64,000 nucleotides of DNA from Chrysomallon squamiferum. Its lineage: Eukaryota > Animalia > Mollusca. The stretch lies in the NCBI GenBank assembly GCA_012295275.1, contig CM022670.1, positions 5,890,001-5,954,000 of the forward strand. Reading direction: 5' to 3'. The position numbers and the translations under genes are program-made. Shown piece after piece: positions 14,273-28,448 of this stretch. Each line of letters opens with the position of its first letter. The first letter of the stretch is position 1. Under the pieces are notes generated by a model. It did not search any database and was not told where the DNA came from. It saw only the letters and a program-made list of their open reading frames with translations.

Positions 14273-15180
14273 CACATATTGACATACACACACACACACA
14301 CACAGCGAAAGCTGTCCCACTTCTATTGTTGACTGAACACAAGGCTAGATCAACTCCTTATTCACACTTTGTAATAAGTCACCTAAACACATTCCAGCTA
14401 TACCCTCACATTACCTACTACATTCCAGTACAGTCACTCTCATATAATGGTCAACTAATTTGTACTGTTATGAAAAATACTCATGTGATCATTACAACAA
14501 TTTACATACATTTCTTAGTCAAAGAATTATCTACCTGCTCAATGTTATCTAAACTGATATTTGTTCAAGTGACATTTAAAAAGCTCTTCAAAGAAACCTC
14601 AGATTTCCTGTTCATTTTCTTTTATACAGAAATATGTGAACCAACCATCCTGCAATCATTCAAACATTAATATTTTGTTTGCTAATATTTAAGATGTCCA
14701 TTTTTCATGTTAAGTTATTAATTACTAATACAATATTGAATGTGTAATTATAATGGTATAATAAAATATCTTAAATATATTTTATATACTTTCCAGTGAA
14801 TTTTAAACTGTTTATAATTATTCACTCTTTACAATAATTTAAATCAAGTTGGAGGTGAAATGTAAATTAACCTGTACAGACTGAGGATAAAGTAATTATA
14901 CAATATTTTTTCAGGTTTTTTCCATTCTAGTCACAGTAAACAGGAAAATAATAGATTTTTAATGTTATTATTGTAAACGATGTACATCTTAAAATTTTTT
15001 AATGAAGTCATAATAATAATAATCTACATTAAAAAATAACTGAATAAATTACAGTTTATTAACCAAATTGATTATAAATTAAAGATTTGTACTTAGTTGC
15101 TGAACTTTAGTATATATTATCAAACAAGATGTAACATTCCACCAATCACATTATTAAGTAAATGCAATGAATTTCTAAAA

Positions 15181-15231
<51 letters not shown>

Positions 15232-15956
15232 AATTCATTTATTCATTCATTAAATCATTCTATGTTATTTTATTATTTTAAATTGCTGTATTGTTATTTC
15301 TATATTATCATATGATGTACAAATAATTGTTGGACTGCAGCCTAATCATATTAAGTTAAATATTTTTAAAGTGTTAACTATCTTCAAACCTTGTATTTAT
15401 TATTACGGATGGCATTACACAAACGTTTTGAATGCATGTTTTGTTGTTTTTTTTTTTTTTTTCTCACGTGTATGTTTTCATATACACATTCTACTATGTC
15501 GCAATACTATTCCAGAAAGACTGATTCGCCACCGTCTATAACTTATCTACATTGTATTTTATGGTATTAACAAGGGAGATAACCTATATTTAATTAACTA
15601 TTACTATTAATGGATACAATTACAACCGATAATTTAAGAATAGTTTATTATTCAGTTACTTACTAAAACAGATTACTTTTTATTTGGTTGTTTAAAATCT
15701 TACTTAATTTTATTTACTTTAATTTGTTCCCAATACATAAAATCAAATCAAAGAGAAATAATTATTACGTTTCTACATTTCTCGTGTTTTGTCTGTTTGA
15801 ACATGTTATTTTATTACAAAAATAAGTATTAAACAGCTACTGTATGTGTGCAGTGGGTTGTATTGGGTTGGGGATACGTTTTAAAAAGTTAAATGACAAG
15901 ACGAGTGATGGCAGGTTAGTGCATGCAGCAGACATGAGGGTGAATCGTAGACTCAC

Positions 15957-16172
15957 CTCTGCTCGAGCGTAGAGAACAGGGAGTAACTGGGGAAGTTCGG
16001 CTTTATGTACCAAATGCCACCCATAATAACCGCATCCCCATGCTGTGCCTGCTAGCAGTAAATAAACTGCTTTCCCAGAAAATGAACCTTTCGTAAGTTT
16101 TTCATCTGCAAACAAGAGAAATCGCAAACGTTTAGCAGCTCGAAATCCTCGATAAATAAACTGGGTAGCCAT
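15957..16172 (-). CDS. MICU3: Mitochondrial calcium uptake protein (MICU2/3-like), coding exon 1
   Basis: ATG at 16172 in aacATGG context. It gives 72 codons, MATQFIYRGFRAAKRLRFLLF...AVYLLLAGTAWGCGYYGW...LYARAE: an Arg-rich mitochondrial-targeting-like N-terminus followed by a hydrophobic stretch. It ends at a GAG|gtgagt donor (phase 0) that joins in frame to the recognisable MICU exon at 12898. Confidence 0.8.
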
Positions 16173-16388
16173 GTTAGATCTTTCAAACACGCATGCGCAT
16201 CGGCGAGGCTGATTTTGATTGCCCAGTCAGTCATAGCCTATACACCGAAAGTTGGCTTCAATTGCTTTAGTTTGCCAGTATTCAGTGGATGGTTAACATG
16301 TTTTATCAAGATGAACTGGAAAAACGGTAATATTTAATTAATTACAAAGTTGTCTTATTTCTATAAATATCTGATAAATATATCTATG

Positions 16389-16419
<31 letters not shown>

Positions 16420-17177
16420 CTGACATATCTGTAATCTTCTATTTCCTTATTTGTATACTTAAAGTTATAGTATACATAAATGTTTTATATTAAAATGCTG
16501 ACTTGGTTTTTACTAATGTGTTTTTATTAGTCATGTCAGTGTCATCTTTTAAATTTTTTGTCACATACATATTATAACAATATTTTATTTGTAATAAATT
16601 AATAAAACTCTAATATATAATATCGTATAACTATAAATATATACATATGCACATATATAATATATTAATAATAGCGGGTAGAGGTAATTTTGTAGATAAA
16701 TATGACCTGAATTTCGTTTATCATACTGCCGATTTGTTATGTGATATGACAAAGTCCACAATTTCTTACTTGTACTACTGAAAGTGTGATATACTTCTTA
16801 GTAACTTGTTTAGATGTTTCAAAGATAATAGTCAATTATAAAACTCATCCGACCGTGGCACACGTAAAGTGTTACCGGCATACAACCCCCGGCAGACGGC
16901 GTATTGGTGTAAAAACTTTGGGATTTTCGACCAGACGACATTTTCTGGGCGGCGTGTGCTACTTAATGTGTTTGGATAACCCTTTCATTACCAATCAGTG
17001 TTAATTAACTTCTCCAGCTACTGCTAATTTGGTCTAGCCAACTAACCATTCTGGCGGCAAATTAAAAAAATATTTTTTCTAACTGATTAAAGTGATAAGT
17101 ACTGCTAATGCTGGAGGTAACTTTTCTTACTTGTCCTGACTTTGGGAAAAACTATTAATTGATGAGCTGTGAGTAAG
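16173..17177. promoter_or_regulatory. Putative bidirectional promoter region between MICU (-) and FGF (+), probably including a non-coding first FGF exon
   Basis: Divergent gene starts. NRF1-like CGCATGCGCA at 16190-16199, CpG-rich patch at ~16850-16960 with a GC-box-like GGGCGG, CCAAT at 16991, and a perfect AAG|GTAAGT donor at 17178. Transcription start sites cannot be seen directly. Confidence 0.55.
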
Positions 17178-18103
17178 GTAAGTCGTGAGAGGTACGTTTA
17201 ACTGTTAAACAGAATAGTTTATTTAATGCTAATATCCACTTGTTAATCACGAAGAACTGAATAATAAATCAGTTTGTTTGAACTGAAATTTTTATAAATA
17301 GGATATTTTAGTCAATTTTAATTTTATAAAAAATGTAAATGAAATTTAAAAAACAAAATATTTTTAAAAAATTTAAAAATATGTAATAGATAATATTTTA
17401 TAATTAATAAAAAGTGATTCAGACGACGTTGTAGAGACGTACTAGACAAGTTTTCAAAGTGCATAAAAAAAGAGTTAAGATTGGAAAACTGCCAAAAAAT
17501 ATGGCTATCGGATTCATAACGATTCCCATCTTTGAAAAAAAAAAAAAAAAAAAAAAAAAATCAGACGAATTGCAGGACGCCCCGGCACGTGCAATATAGA
17601 ATGTACTAAAACTTCAGAAAATATTTTTTAAGTTACATCACTGATGTGAAAACTACAGCAGCTTGTAATTTCAAAGTTCTACTAACCAAACATTTTATTT
17701 TTAGTGTTCGCACGCAATGAATTAAAATAATTAATGATTGGTGTATACTTTTCTTTTTTCTTTCTTTCTTCTTCTTCTTCTTACTGTTATGTTATTTTTT
17801 GAGAGGTTAAAAATGCTGTTTAAACTCAGGTGAACTGTTAAGGTGTTAATATACGTTAATCTTATTTGTTTATCCCTGTGCGATTACTGAAAAGTGCATT
17901 CGAATGTAATTAATGGAGGTCGCTTGCTACATCGTCAAAGTCTGGATTCATTCATCTCTTTGATAGTCAGCCTAACTATTGTGTTAGGATAATTTACTTG
18001 CTGAAGTCGGCAGTAAAGTTGTTTTTATGTGCGTAAACTTTACGTAAACTTGCACTACTTCATTCACTTTAATACAATACAGTGTAAAATGTTTATCTTT
18101 CAG
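17178..18103 (+). other. Predicted intron in the FGF 5' UTR
   Basis: Consensus donor aag|gtaagt at 17178 and acceptor tttatctttcag ending at 18103, followed by a CpG-rich leader running into the ATG at 18557. Inferred from splice signals only. Confidence 0.5.
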
Positions 18104-18556
18104 ATTTCAACTGCGGATTGTACAAAAACAGGTTTGCCGCGTGCGGAATAACGGAAAGTTAATTACTGTTTTATACTGACGGCTAGCTGAAGTTGTTAAG
18201 GATATATGTACCCGATTTCTGAAATTCTTTATTGTGTGTTCTTGGATTAGTCATGGTTCCATTTGCAGACGGAAAGAGAAGTTTCAAGGAGGAGCGTTAA
18301 AACGGGAGGAAAACATGTGAAACACGACGTGTACGGGTCGATGCCGTTAAAAGAAGCTAGAATTTAGTCTTCAAATGCAGATCTCCAACGTCCTCAACGT
18401 TCGTATATATGAGCGTGCCAACAACATTCGTCAAGCAGCGAAACGGCAACCATCGCGAGTTAGTGAAAAACTACTATCCAATATTGAACATTTGGCGGGT
18501 CCCGTCTGGCGTCGTTTCGCCAGCACCCCCTCGAGCTGTGTCTGCAGCGCTCGGCA

Positions 18557-18788
18557 ATGAACTCAGCCTACTCTTTGAGGAATTTATTAATTATTAATTT
18601 CCTAATCCATCTGACCATAGCTACAGATAAACGTCTCGGAGATCCTCCAGTCCGAGGCAATCATCCACCCAACTACTGGAGCCATAAGACCCGCACCATC
18701 TACCTACAAACTAGAACTGGACACTATATAGAGGTGTGTCCTGGGGACAAAATCGGAATTCGGGGAGTACACGAAAAGACAGACTACG
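18557..18788 (+). CDS. FGF: Fibroblast growth factor, coding exon 1 (signal peptide + start of beta-trefoil core)
   Basis: MNSAYSLRNLLIINFLIHLTIA is signal-peptide-like. It is followed by RTIYLQTRTGHYIEVCPGDKIGIRGVHEKTDY, resembling the FGF beta1-beta3 region. Ends at G|gtaagt (phase 1), the canonical position of FGF intron 1. Confidence 0.85.
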
Positions 18789-18825
18789 GTAAGTGTCTGC
18801 TTAAGTACAAACAGCTTAACATTTT

Positions 18826-19060
18826 GTAGTTAAATACATACATTTCATCACTTACTACTTAAATACATACAGTTCATTATTCTCTACTTTAATACAAACA
18901 TTTTTTTTCATTCACTACTTAAATACATACATTTCATTATTCTTTACCTTAATGCATGCATTTTTTCATTCACTACTTAAATATATACATTTCATTATTC
19001 TCTACTTCAATACATACAATTTATCAATCACTACTTAAATATATATATTTCATTTTTCTC
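18826..19060. repeat. ~30-bp minisatellite at the start of the first coding-region intron of FGF
   Basis: ctacttaaatacatacatttcattatt units. Confidence 0.75.
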
Positions 19061-19218
19061 TGTTTTATCATAAATCCTGTACTAAAACCATTTATTTTAT
19101 TGTACTTTATCTACTCAAATGCATAGATTATATAATTTTCTATCACATGTATTTTTTCTGTTTATGTACTTAATCATATGTATGTAATTAGTTTATTATT
19201 CATCATAATATTTTATCA

Positions 19219-19272
<54 letters not shown>

Positions 19273-19474
19273 TTATTATCATTGTTTGTCTACTTATAAT
19301 ATAAATGTTTTTTTCTTATCTTGTTAAACACATTACGTTATACTTTCATTTTAATCATTGTTTCTGTCATTTATTGTGTAACTTCTTATCTGCTTAAATA
19401 TCTCCATTCTGTTATACTTATCTATTAAAACACATCGGGTTATTTGTTTAAATTAATACATTATTTATATACTC

Positions 19475-19566
<92 letters not shown>

Positions 19567-21202
19567 ATTGTTTCTAAGAGGGTAATATTCTCATTCAGTT
19601 TGATGTCGATATTTGATTAAAATTGCTGTGAAATAAAAAGAAAAGCTAGTTTACGTCCTGTTGTCTCTGTGATAACATTTTGATACAATTTATGTTAATT
19701 TATGTGCATAAAATAATCATGATCATCGTCGTCATTAATGTTTGTGTCAGTGAAACATTACAAACTCGTTATCAGTGAAAAAATATTGTTAACCTGCTGT
19801 TATCAAGCCTTGAAAAAAAAAAAACAGCTGAAGACGGCAGCGTGGTGAGTTTGCGACAACGCTGGCATTGTTGCAACGCAGCGACTGGCGGTCGCGTTGT
19901 GTACGTTTTGTTTCGCTTTATTTTTAACTGGATTATCTGTTTACTGTTTTGTCATTACAGCGGCGTGTTAATTAAAATGTTGAGAGTACAGGTCCGAACA
20001 CGACTTGACACACATACACCTCGTACCCTGTCTGTTTGTCACTTGTAGGGTGCACTGCAAGTCTTTATTGTCCGCTAACGTCTCACTGTAAAGAAGTTTT
20101 GGCCACGGGCCGATGGGCGGTCGACTCTGTCTTGCCTGATCACCAACACCGATTGCTTTTAGTTAGGACACGCTCACCGCATTGACAGGCAGTTGTACGA
20201 TACAAACAATTATTTATGGGCACGGGCAACACGGACCTAACACATGTCACCATTGTCCGTGGAGTTTAAGCAATCTACTGTTAGAAAAATATATGTCCAC
20301 TAGACATAAAACGGTTCCTGTATGCTTGAAAAGAGCGTTTTGTTATCTGATCCGCTCCCAGTTCCTGGAATAAAAACTAATCGCGTTTGTACTTGAGAGA
20401 TATGGGCGTGCTTGAATGGTGGGGCTGAATTCCTTTTAAGACAAAAAATATGGCTTAGAGTTTCTAAAAATTGAAGTTTTGAAAGGGAAATTTAATACTA
20501 TATAGTTTCGTGAAAGGGAATTCAGTTATACTTAATTTAATAACTTTTAATAATTGGTTACAGTCTTGAAAAATAAATAATACGTTTAAATGCTTTGTAA
20601 CTTACACCAGTGAACTAAAGTATTAACAGACAACCATCAAGAATGTTTGAAAACACTAACTTTATTTAGTGTCTCGTTTTAGTCCAAATTATTAAAATAA
20701 ATTTATATTATATATGTAACGATGATTTTACATTGCATCAATGTTTCCCTGTGTGTGGCTTGTCCGAAATCATTAACGTACATAAAATATTTTAATGAAC
20801 ATATGGGTCTGGGATATATTCTAAACATTTTATATCCCAAGAACCCCGTGTAAAATGGCATCAGAATTTTGGAGGGGTTGAACTGGGCCCCGAAAAAGTT
20901 GTATTGCATTGTCCAGTTTACAATTTTGAACATATATTTTCAGACAGAGACTCCTTAACTTAGAGTTAACCTTAAACATGTCAGTACTGGTGTTTATACG
21001 ATTTAACTGGCTGTAATTATTATCAGACTGTAAGTCTTGTAAATAAATCCTGTTTACTAAAATATTATTTATATCGTTGTAACCATAACAACATGTACAA
21101 CAGCGACGTTTTCCTGCGTCTGAATCTATGAATCTAACTCTGTAAGGAGGAAATTAAAACGGAAAAACGACTTTAAAAACATTCTGCGTGTCTATTTTTC
21201 TT

Positions 21203-21243
<41 letters not shown>

Positions 21244-22990
21244 AATTTTTCCTTTTGCTTGCGTATCCTATTTTGTATTTGTACTGAATCAGCGAGACTG
21301 AATGAAAAACCTGCGACTGACTCTGACATGGTAGCTAGTTTGTACGACTATCAATTGCAAAGGCTAACCGCCGTGGTCAAAGACGTAACAAAAGAACACT
21401 ATGTTTGATAAGGTTATCCCTAGATTTTTACGATATCTGACCTGACTGTTTTTATCTGCCTAAATCTTTCGTATACTGACTTTATTATCAAACACCATCA
21501 TATCGTTTGCTATACAAAGACGTAAATACACAGAGATACATCGCGTTAGGTTTATTGCCGTACTTTTACTTACTCAGTTGCACCGTGCAAAGGCTGTAAC
21601 TACGAATACCCGGTATGGTGTAATTGATTTCATGAGGCAGGAAAATACGGGTTGTTTGAAAACGTCATCTGACGTTGATAATAATCTGATTTATTATCTT
21701 CGAAAAGCTTAAGAATAAATAATGTTATAAATGCGCAGAAGCAACATTCGAAGAAAAGTTTTGCTGTCTTTTTAATAAAAGAAAAATTATAAAATTAAAT
21801 ACCAACTTAATTAAAACAATTTTAATTTTCTAAAAATGTGCTTATATATATATATACAAACACACGTACATACACCATTACCAGCATGTATGGGCAAATA
21901 TTTCCTGTGTCTTTGTGATTAATATCTTAAACGTTTACTAATTAATTCTCATAGTGTCGCTTTGGATCGTCTGGCAAAAGAATAATCGAACCAGAATTAG
22001 ATATCACGACTATCGTTACTTGTATAATATAATATGTTAGTATAAAGTATATTACGATGATATACTTCTTACTCTATATGTTGAGATATATTTCGGCTGA
22101 GATACGTTACGCATTACTAAAATATTCTCATATTCATACAGAAATATATTTACTATTTCGTATATATTCGTGTGCACGTGACGTTTGTTTAATACATTTA
22201 TGAATGAAAAGAGTATTAAAAAGTAAAGTGCAAGAGACACAATCAGTTTCCGTTGGTTACAACTTTGAGGAAGAAGACAGAGGACTCGAGCCTCGCTGAG
22301 ATCTGCTTTCAAACAAACCACGTGGACGAACGCGTGTCCACGGAAACGATTCTTTCCCGTTCGTTCACAGAACTCACGTGGCTAAACATGCTTCTGTAGA
22401 AATATAATGTTATAGTTAAAACCTGAATGAACTGTATTTGATTATTTTAATAATTATTTTATATATATTATCCCAGTTTTTCCTCTGATTCTGCTGTAGT
22501 ATGCAGGTTGTCCGGGAACTAGGTTAAACATTTCAGAGGCTAAAGATTAAACGCTCTTCCAAAATAAAAGAAACATCCATAAATAAAATCAAAATTAGAT
22601 ATAATAAAAGCTTTTACACTATAATTATACATTTACAGCACAACGTAGGGAATTTTCAAATTTTAATTCTATAAACTGACTCACTTACAAGTGCAAGCTG
22701 AGTGTGTTGTTTATTAATACAATGAATATTTAGACCTACATTAAAAAAAATAACAATAATAAAATATAATAAAATTAAATTACATTAAGTTAAATTAATT
22801 TCAATAAGAGAATTCCTAAGTGGTTACAAGATTTAAATACTAGCAAAGCTTTAATTTCGGCAAGTATTTCTTATAAAATACTGAAATGAGCCTTTTTATA
22901 ATAATAATAATAATAATGGAGAATAAATTATACTTTTTTATAATTGTGATTTAGTTTTATCGAAGTTTCCAATCAGATTCTAATTTTTTT

Positions 22991-23021
<31 letters not shown>

Positions 23022-23563
23022 TTTATTTTTTTTTTTTTGCTCTACACATACGATTCAGAATGAAATAAGGGCGAAGCTTCACTATTTTATTTTACGCAGA
23101 CTAAAAATAAATTTTAGATAAGTATTTTTACAATTTTTTGTCTTCCTCTGTAGTCTCTGCTTTCATCACGTTTAATTTATAAAACGAACACCAGTCTACG
23201 ATTGACTGGCTGCTCCTCTCTCGCGAGATTGCATCTACAAGTTTGTGATAAGTGGTCTCGCACCGTAGTTAAAATATACCTCCCTCTGTGCCATTAACAC
23301 TATTTGTGTTTTCTGTGTAAAACTCAGCATCTCTACTCTTTCTTCCCTCACTTCAGATTATCAGTAAATATAATAAATAAAATATGTTTAATAGTTAACG
23401 ATCATTTTTTTCTTCTTTGTTTATTTTCTTTCCTTCTTTCTTTCTTTCTTTATTTTTTTATTTTTTATCTTAAATGAAGTTATTTTATGATCTAATTTAT
23501 TTTATTCTGTTCCTTTACTTGCTTGTTTGTTGCTTGGTTCGTTGGTTGATTTGTGACGTTTAG

Positions 23564-23651
<88 letters not shown>

Positions 23652-23927
23652 CCTATTTTTTTTTATGAGTCTTTTTCAGGAGACATTCTATCGTCATTTA
23701 ATGCAAATATTTGTAATGGCTATAAAAAAATATATATATATGTATATATATATATTTGAATGCGAGTATAAAAACAGATGAAAATTACCATCGTGTTTAA
23801 GAGACATTTTAAATAAATAACTGTTTACATGTCCAAACTTGTACGACAGAAAAGGACATGTACTTAAAGTACTTTCATAATTTCTCCGTATTACTGCTTC
23901 ATGTACAGGTATACACAGGCACACACG

Positions 23928-23974
<47 letters not shown>

Positions 23975-24284
23975 ACACATCGGTATTTACCCATCTAACT
24001 TCTTACATACATACGTACATAAATAATACATACGTACAAATACACACATCCACGTAATAATGCCAACATTTTTATATGATTCATGATTATAACAGAAAGA
24101 TTTAATAACTGGTGATGAAAAGATAAATAGCACACTGTCAACGTGATGAAACTAGGACGAGTTTTCTTCACAACACAACAGTTAGGTTATTTTAGTTAGT
24201 AAATGTAAAATGCGCTGTTTAACAAAAACCATTTTGAAACCAGTTACTTCAACCAACACAAATACATTTTTATAAATAACTAAC

Positions 24285-24407
<123 letters not shown>

Positions 24408-24814
24408 CAATAATAAAGATTATCATCAAACAAAGACAAAGCATATTTAATACTTTCTATTTTAACACAAATTATGACAAATAATCTTCATATAGTTTAA
24501 TTTTATGAACTATTTAAAAAATTGTATTATTACTTTTAATATTTATATTAAAAAAGTAAATATTTAATAAATGGTCCTCCAACAAAACATGTTACCCATT
24601 TAAACTGTTAATAATTAAAAATTAAAATTAAAATATATATGTGTTTTTGATAAGGGCAAAGAAATGTTCTGAACAAAGATTATATTAAAAGAAAATATAT
24701 TGATATGGTGTGCCACTGCAAAAAATAAACCACAGACAAAAGCTAAGACGTAAGTTAAAATTAATCGGTTCATTTTTGAGAAATATAAAATCGCTGTCAC
24801 TAAATTTGTGTGTT

Positions 24815-24856
<42 letters not shown>

Positions 24857-25242
24857 TGTGTGTGCGTGCGTGTGTGTGTGTGTGTGTGTGTGCGTGTGTG
24901 TGTGTGTGTAACAGTGACCCATGGTATTTCCAAATATCGTATTTTCCCATATTTATGTGTTAAAGTTTCACCGAAATGGCACAGTGTTTTTTAATCTACG
25001 TATTTACCGCAGCAGTTTAAAACATCCAGAAAACATCCAAACTTTTGATAGATTAAATATATCACATCGCACTTTGGTTCATTTTTATAGCCCCTACTAC
25101 ACATTAATTGGCTTTCAGCAGGCGCAGATACAGAGGTGGTCACATGTACACCTATTTAACGCGAAACTGGTAAAAACTGTTTGCTGTTTGTTAGTAATGT
25201 ATACGAAAAGCTTAGTGTTACAACAATACTCATGTAGGAACA

Positions 25243-25325
<83 letters not shown>

Positions 25326-26120
25326 GTTTATTTATTTTGTAAAATGAGTGAGTTATTTATATATTAAGCCTAACGTGTTAGACAGCGACTACGTGTACAG
25401 AGATAAAACGTGTTTGCAGTGTAATTATCTCACAGGATAACACTCCGACATGCAGTTTAGAAATTTAACTGACCAGCTCGTACAGCAGACACAATATTTA
25501 TATTCTCAGAAGCGAAGTTCATAGCCTTTTTCGGCACTTAGACGTACTTTACTGACACCGTCCTTCCATTTCGTCCTGCGTGGCTCTACTTCGATGTTTA
25601 TCGTTTATCACCAGGCGGAATCGTTTTTGTAGGCTTATCATTTTCCTCCTTTCTGTAGTGGAGCATCAGATACGTTAGTGAAAAATGTTAAGTTTAAGAT
25701 GAGTGTCCTAAAACTCGCCAACCTCCCTGCGTGTTTCCTTTTGTTTATTGTAAGTGTCTCAAATGGTTTATAAATATAAACAGAACGCGCCGGTGTTGAT
25801 CGCGTGCTGATAGGGCCCAGAACCATCTCGACAAATGAAGGGAATGTTGCAGTGTTTAAATTTGTGAGATTATTTCTATGGCTGGCGTTTGACTTAATTC
25901 GCAGTAAATGTTAGCGCGCGCTCATTTGACACAAAGCAGATCTATGACGCCAGCTGTTGTAATATTTCCAATACGCTTTTTTTTTAAATATACAATTTAT
26001 AGTCTTCACAACGTTAAACCGAAATAAAGAGTGATCTTCAAAACACAAAATTTAGATATTTAAATAAATAACTTCTATATATTTTTATTACTGCTGCTAC
26101 TACTGTTACTACTACTACTG

Positions 26121-26164
<44 letters not shown>

Positions 26165-27632
26165 TTAATGCACTAGCTACTGCTGCTGCTACTATTACTA
26201 CTATTATCATTACTACTTCTACAGCTACTACTCCTACTACTACTACTTCGACTATTACTACTGATACTACTGTTATTACATTTAATAACATAATTAATAT
26301 CTTACTCTTTTTTTTTATCTGCTTTTCCTTCCATTTACATAACATCTTTGTAATCGGATTTTCGATTCATGTGTCTAATTTGAAATAGTTCCTCTTCTAA
26401 TAATGATCTGTATTTTAAAATCAAGAGTCTTCTGGCTAGAAGAGTGTTTAAACTGCAGTGCTAAATTCTGTTATAAAACACGATGTTGTCCTGCCTCTAA
26501 CGAATGACAATACGATATTTGTATTGCTTACTCTTGTTTTTATTCGTCTATGTCATAATTAGAGTTCATTGCATTATCCGTTCTGGCAGGTACATACATA
26601 TATACAAACACACATCTTATATACATACATTAACATCTACATATATATATATATATACACACACACATATACAGACACATGCATGCGCACACCTACACAC
26701 CTATTTTGTAAGCAACATTTTTATTTAAAAAAAAAAAAAAATTTAGAATCCAGTACTGAAATAATTTCGAAAACTAAAGCTAATTGAAAAACAACAGTTA
26801 AATACGTGTTTACTCGTTACAACTTTTCTTCTGTCATTTCCTCGTTTCCTTCTTTCTTTTATTCATCGACGTCGTCTTCTTTTTTTGTTTGTTATTGTTG
26901 TCGTTTTAAAAAACAGTTGATCGCTATTAGGTTAAATGAGTTTACAGGAAAAAAGAAAACAGTATGAAAAATAAGTAATCGTAAGAATAATTCATAAAAG
27001 GAGCAAATTTAAAAATTAATCATTATTTAGAACAATAACAGTAATCATTTTTAATACTGAGAATCTCAGAAGATCACAAAAGTGATTTCACGAAAAATGT
27101 CACAACTAAATTTTAACAATTCCCTGTGCATTTATTTAAATAAGCATTACTTTATATATATATATATAACAATGGACACTAGAGGTGATATTCTTTAGTA
27201 CGTATTCAAAAACAAACATTAAAAATAACCTAATAACATTAAGCGAAAAATCAACGTTTTGATTGGCTAGCCCAGCTGTATATCATCTATTTGATAGGTT
27301 AAAAATAACTTGACAACATCAAATGAGAAACAGAGGTTTTGATTGGTTAATCTAACAGTATATCACCTCACGGATAGGTTGATTCAACACAGACAAATGA
27401 GATTCTGTTTTTTTTAAGTAAAACTTCTTTGTTAGTTACCGTCAGCTATTTCGACCCACGCAACGAATGCTCTAGTAACCTTTGTTTGTACGCAAAGTGT
27501 GTTAAAAAAGAGAAAAAAAACACTCATCTTGAATTTCAGTTGTCGTTTTGTACAAGTAGAATCAGGTTCTTATTGAAATAACTTTCATCTGTTAAAAATA
27601 CTTTTTTTTTTTTCTCTTTTTTTTTATCGAAT

Positions 27633-27663
<31 letters not shown>

Positions 27664-27896
27664 ATGTGTGTGTGCGTGTGTATGTATGAATGTATGTATG
27701 TATGTATGTTTATCTAAAATTTTCTGTTATTTTCAAAATTATCTTTCTCTTCTTTTTAAAAAAGTAAATTGAAATTTTAAATTTAGAAAAAAAATCTACT
27801 CGGTAAACGTTTCGGTTTTTATAATGTGTCATTCTGAGAATAGGTAAACAGAATTTTGTATCATCAACATCATCATCATCTTCATCCTTACCATCG

Positions 27897-27936
<40 letters not shown>

Positions 27937-28344
27937 TATTATTATGTAACTTTTTCATAAAAATTGCCAAATAATAAATAAATAAAAACGATTTATCTGT
28001 TATATTATACTCTATTGCATTGTATTGTATTGTTAGTGGTGTTAATAGATTATTTCTGTTAAGAACTTTGTTTCTTTATATATTCATGTAAATATAGGTA
28101 GGCATGTATGCATGTATGTGTGTGAGTGTTCGAAGGTATATGCATTTCCGTGAGTGCATGTGATGCGTGCTTATATTTCAAAAAGCTGTAAGATCATCAA
28201 CTTCTACGTCTGTTCTTTATTTATTTATTTATTTATTTTAAATTTCTCACCAACTATAACACAGAACACATTTTATAAGCATATTAGTTTCACAAGATTA
28301 CTGAATGCCAGTCGTGTCAAGGTCTTTTTTAAACTTTTTTTCAG

Positions 28345-28448
28345 CCATCTTGGAAGAGTTGTCGGGCGAAAACCTCTCCGTTATAATCAAGGGAGCCCAT
28401 TCTGGTCTTTACATCTGCATGGACAGCAATTCTCAGCTATACCCTAGT
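28345..28448 (+). CDS. FGF: Fibroblast growth factor, coding exon 2
   Basis: ttttttcag acceptor and AGT|gtaagt donor, exactly 104 nt, phase 1 to 0, which is the canonical length of the middle exon of many FGF genes. (A)ILEELSGENLSVIIKGAHSGLYICMDSNSQLYPS matches the V.I.G..SGLY..M...G.LY.S FGF core pattern. Confidence 0.93.
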
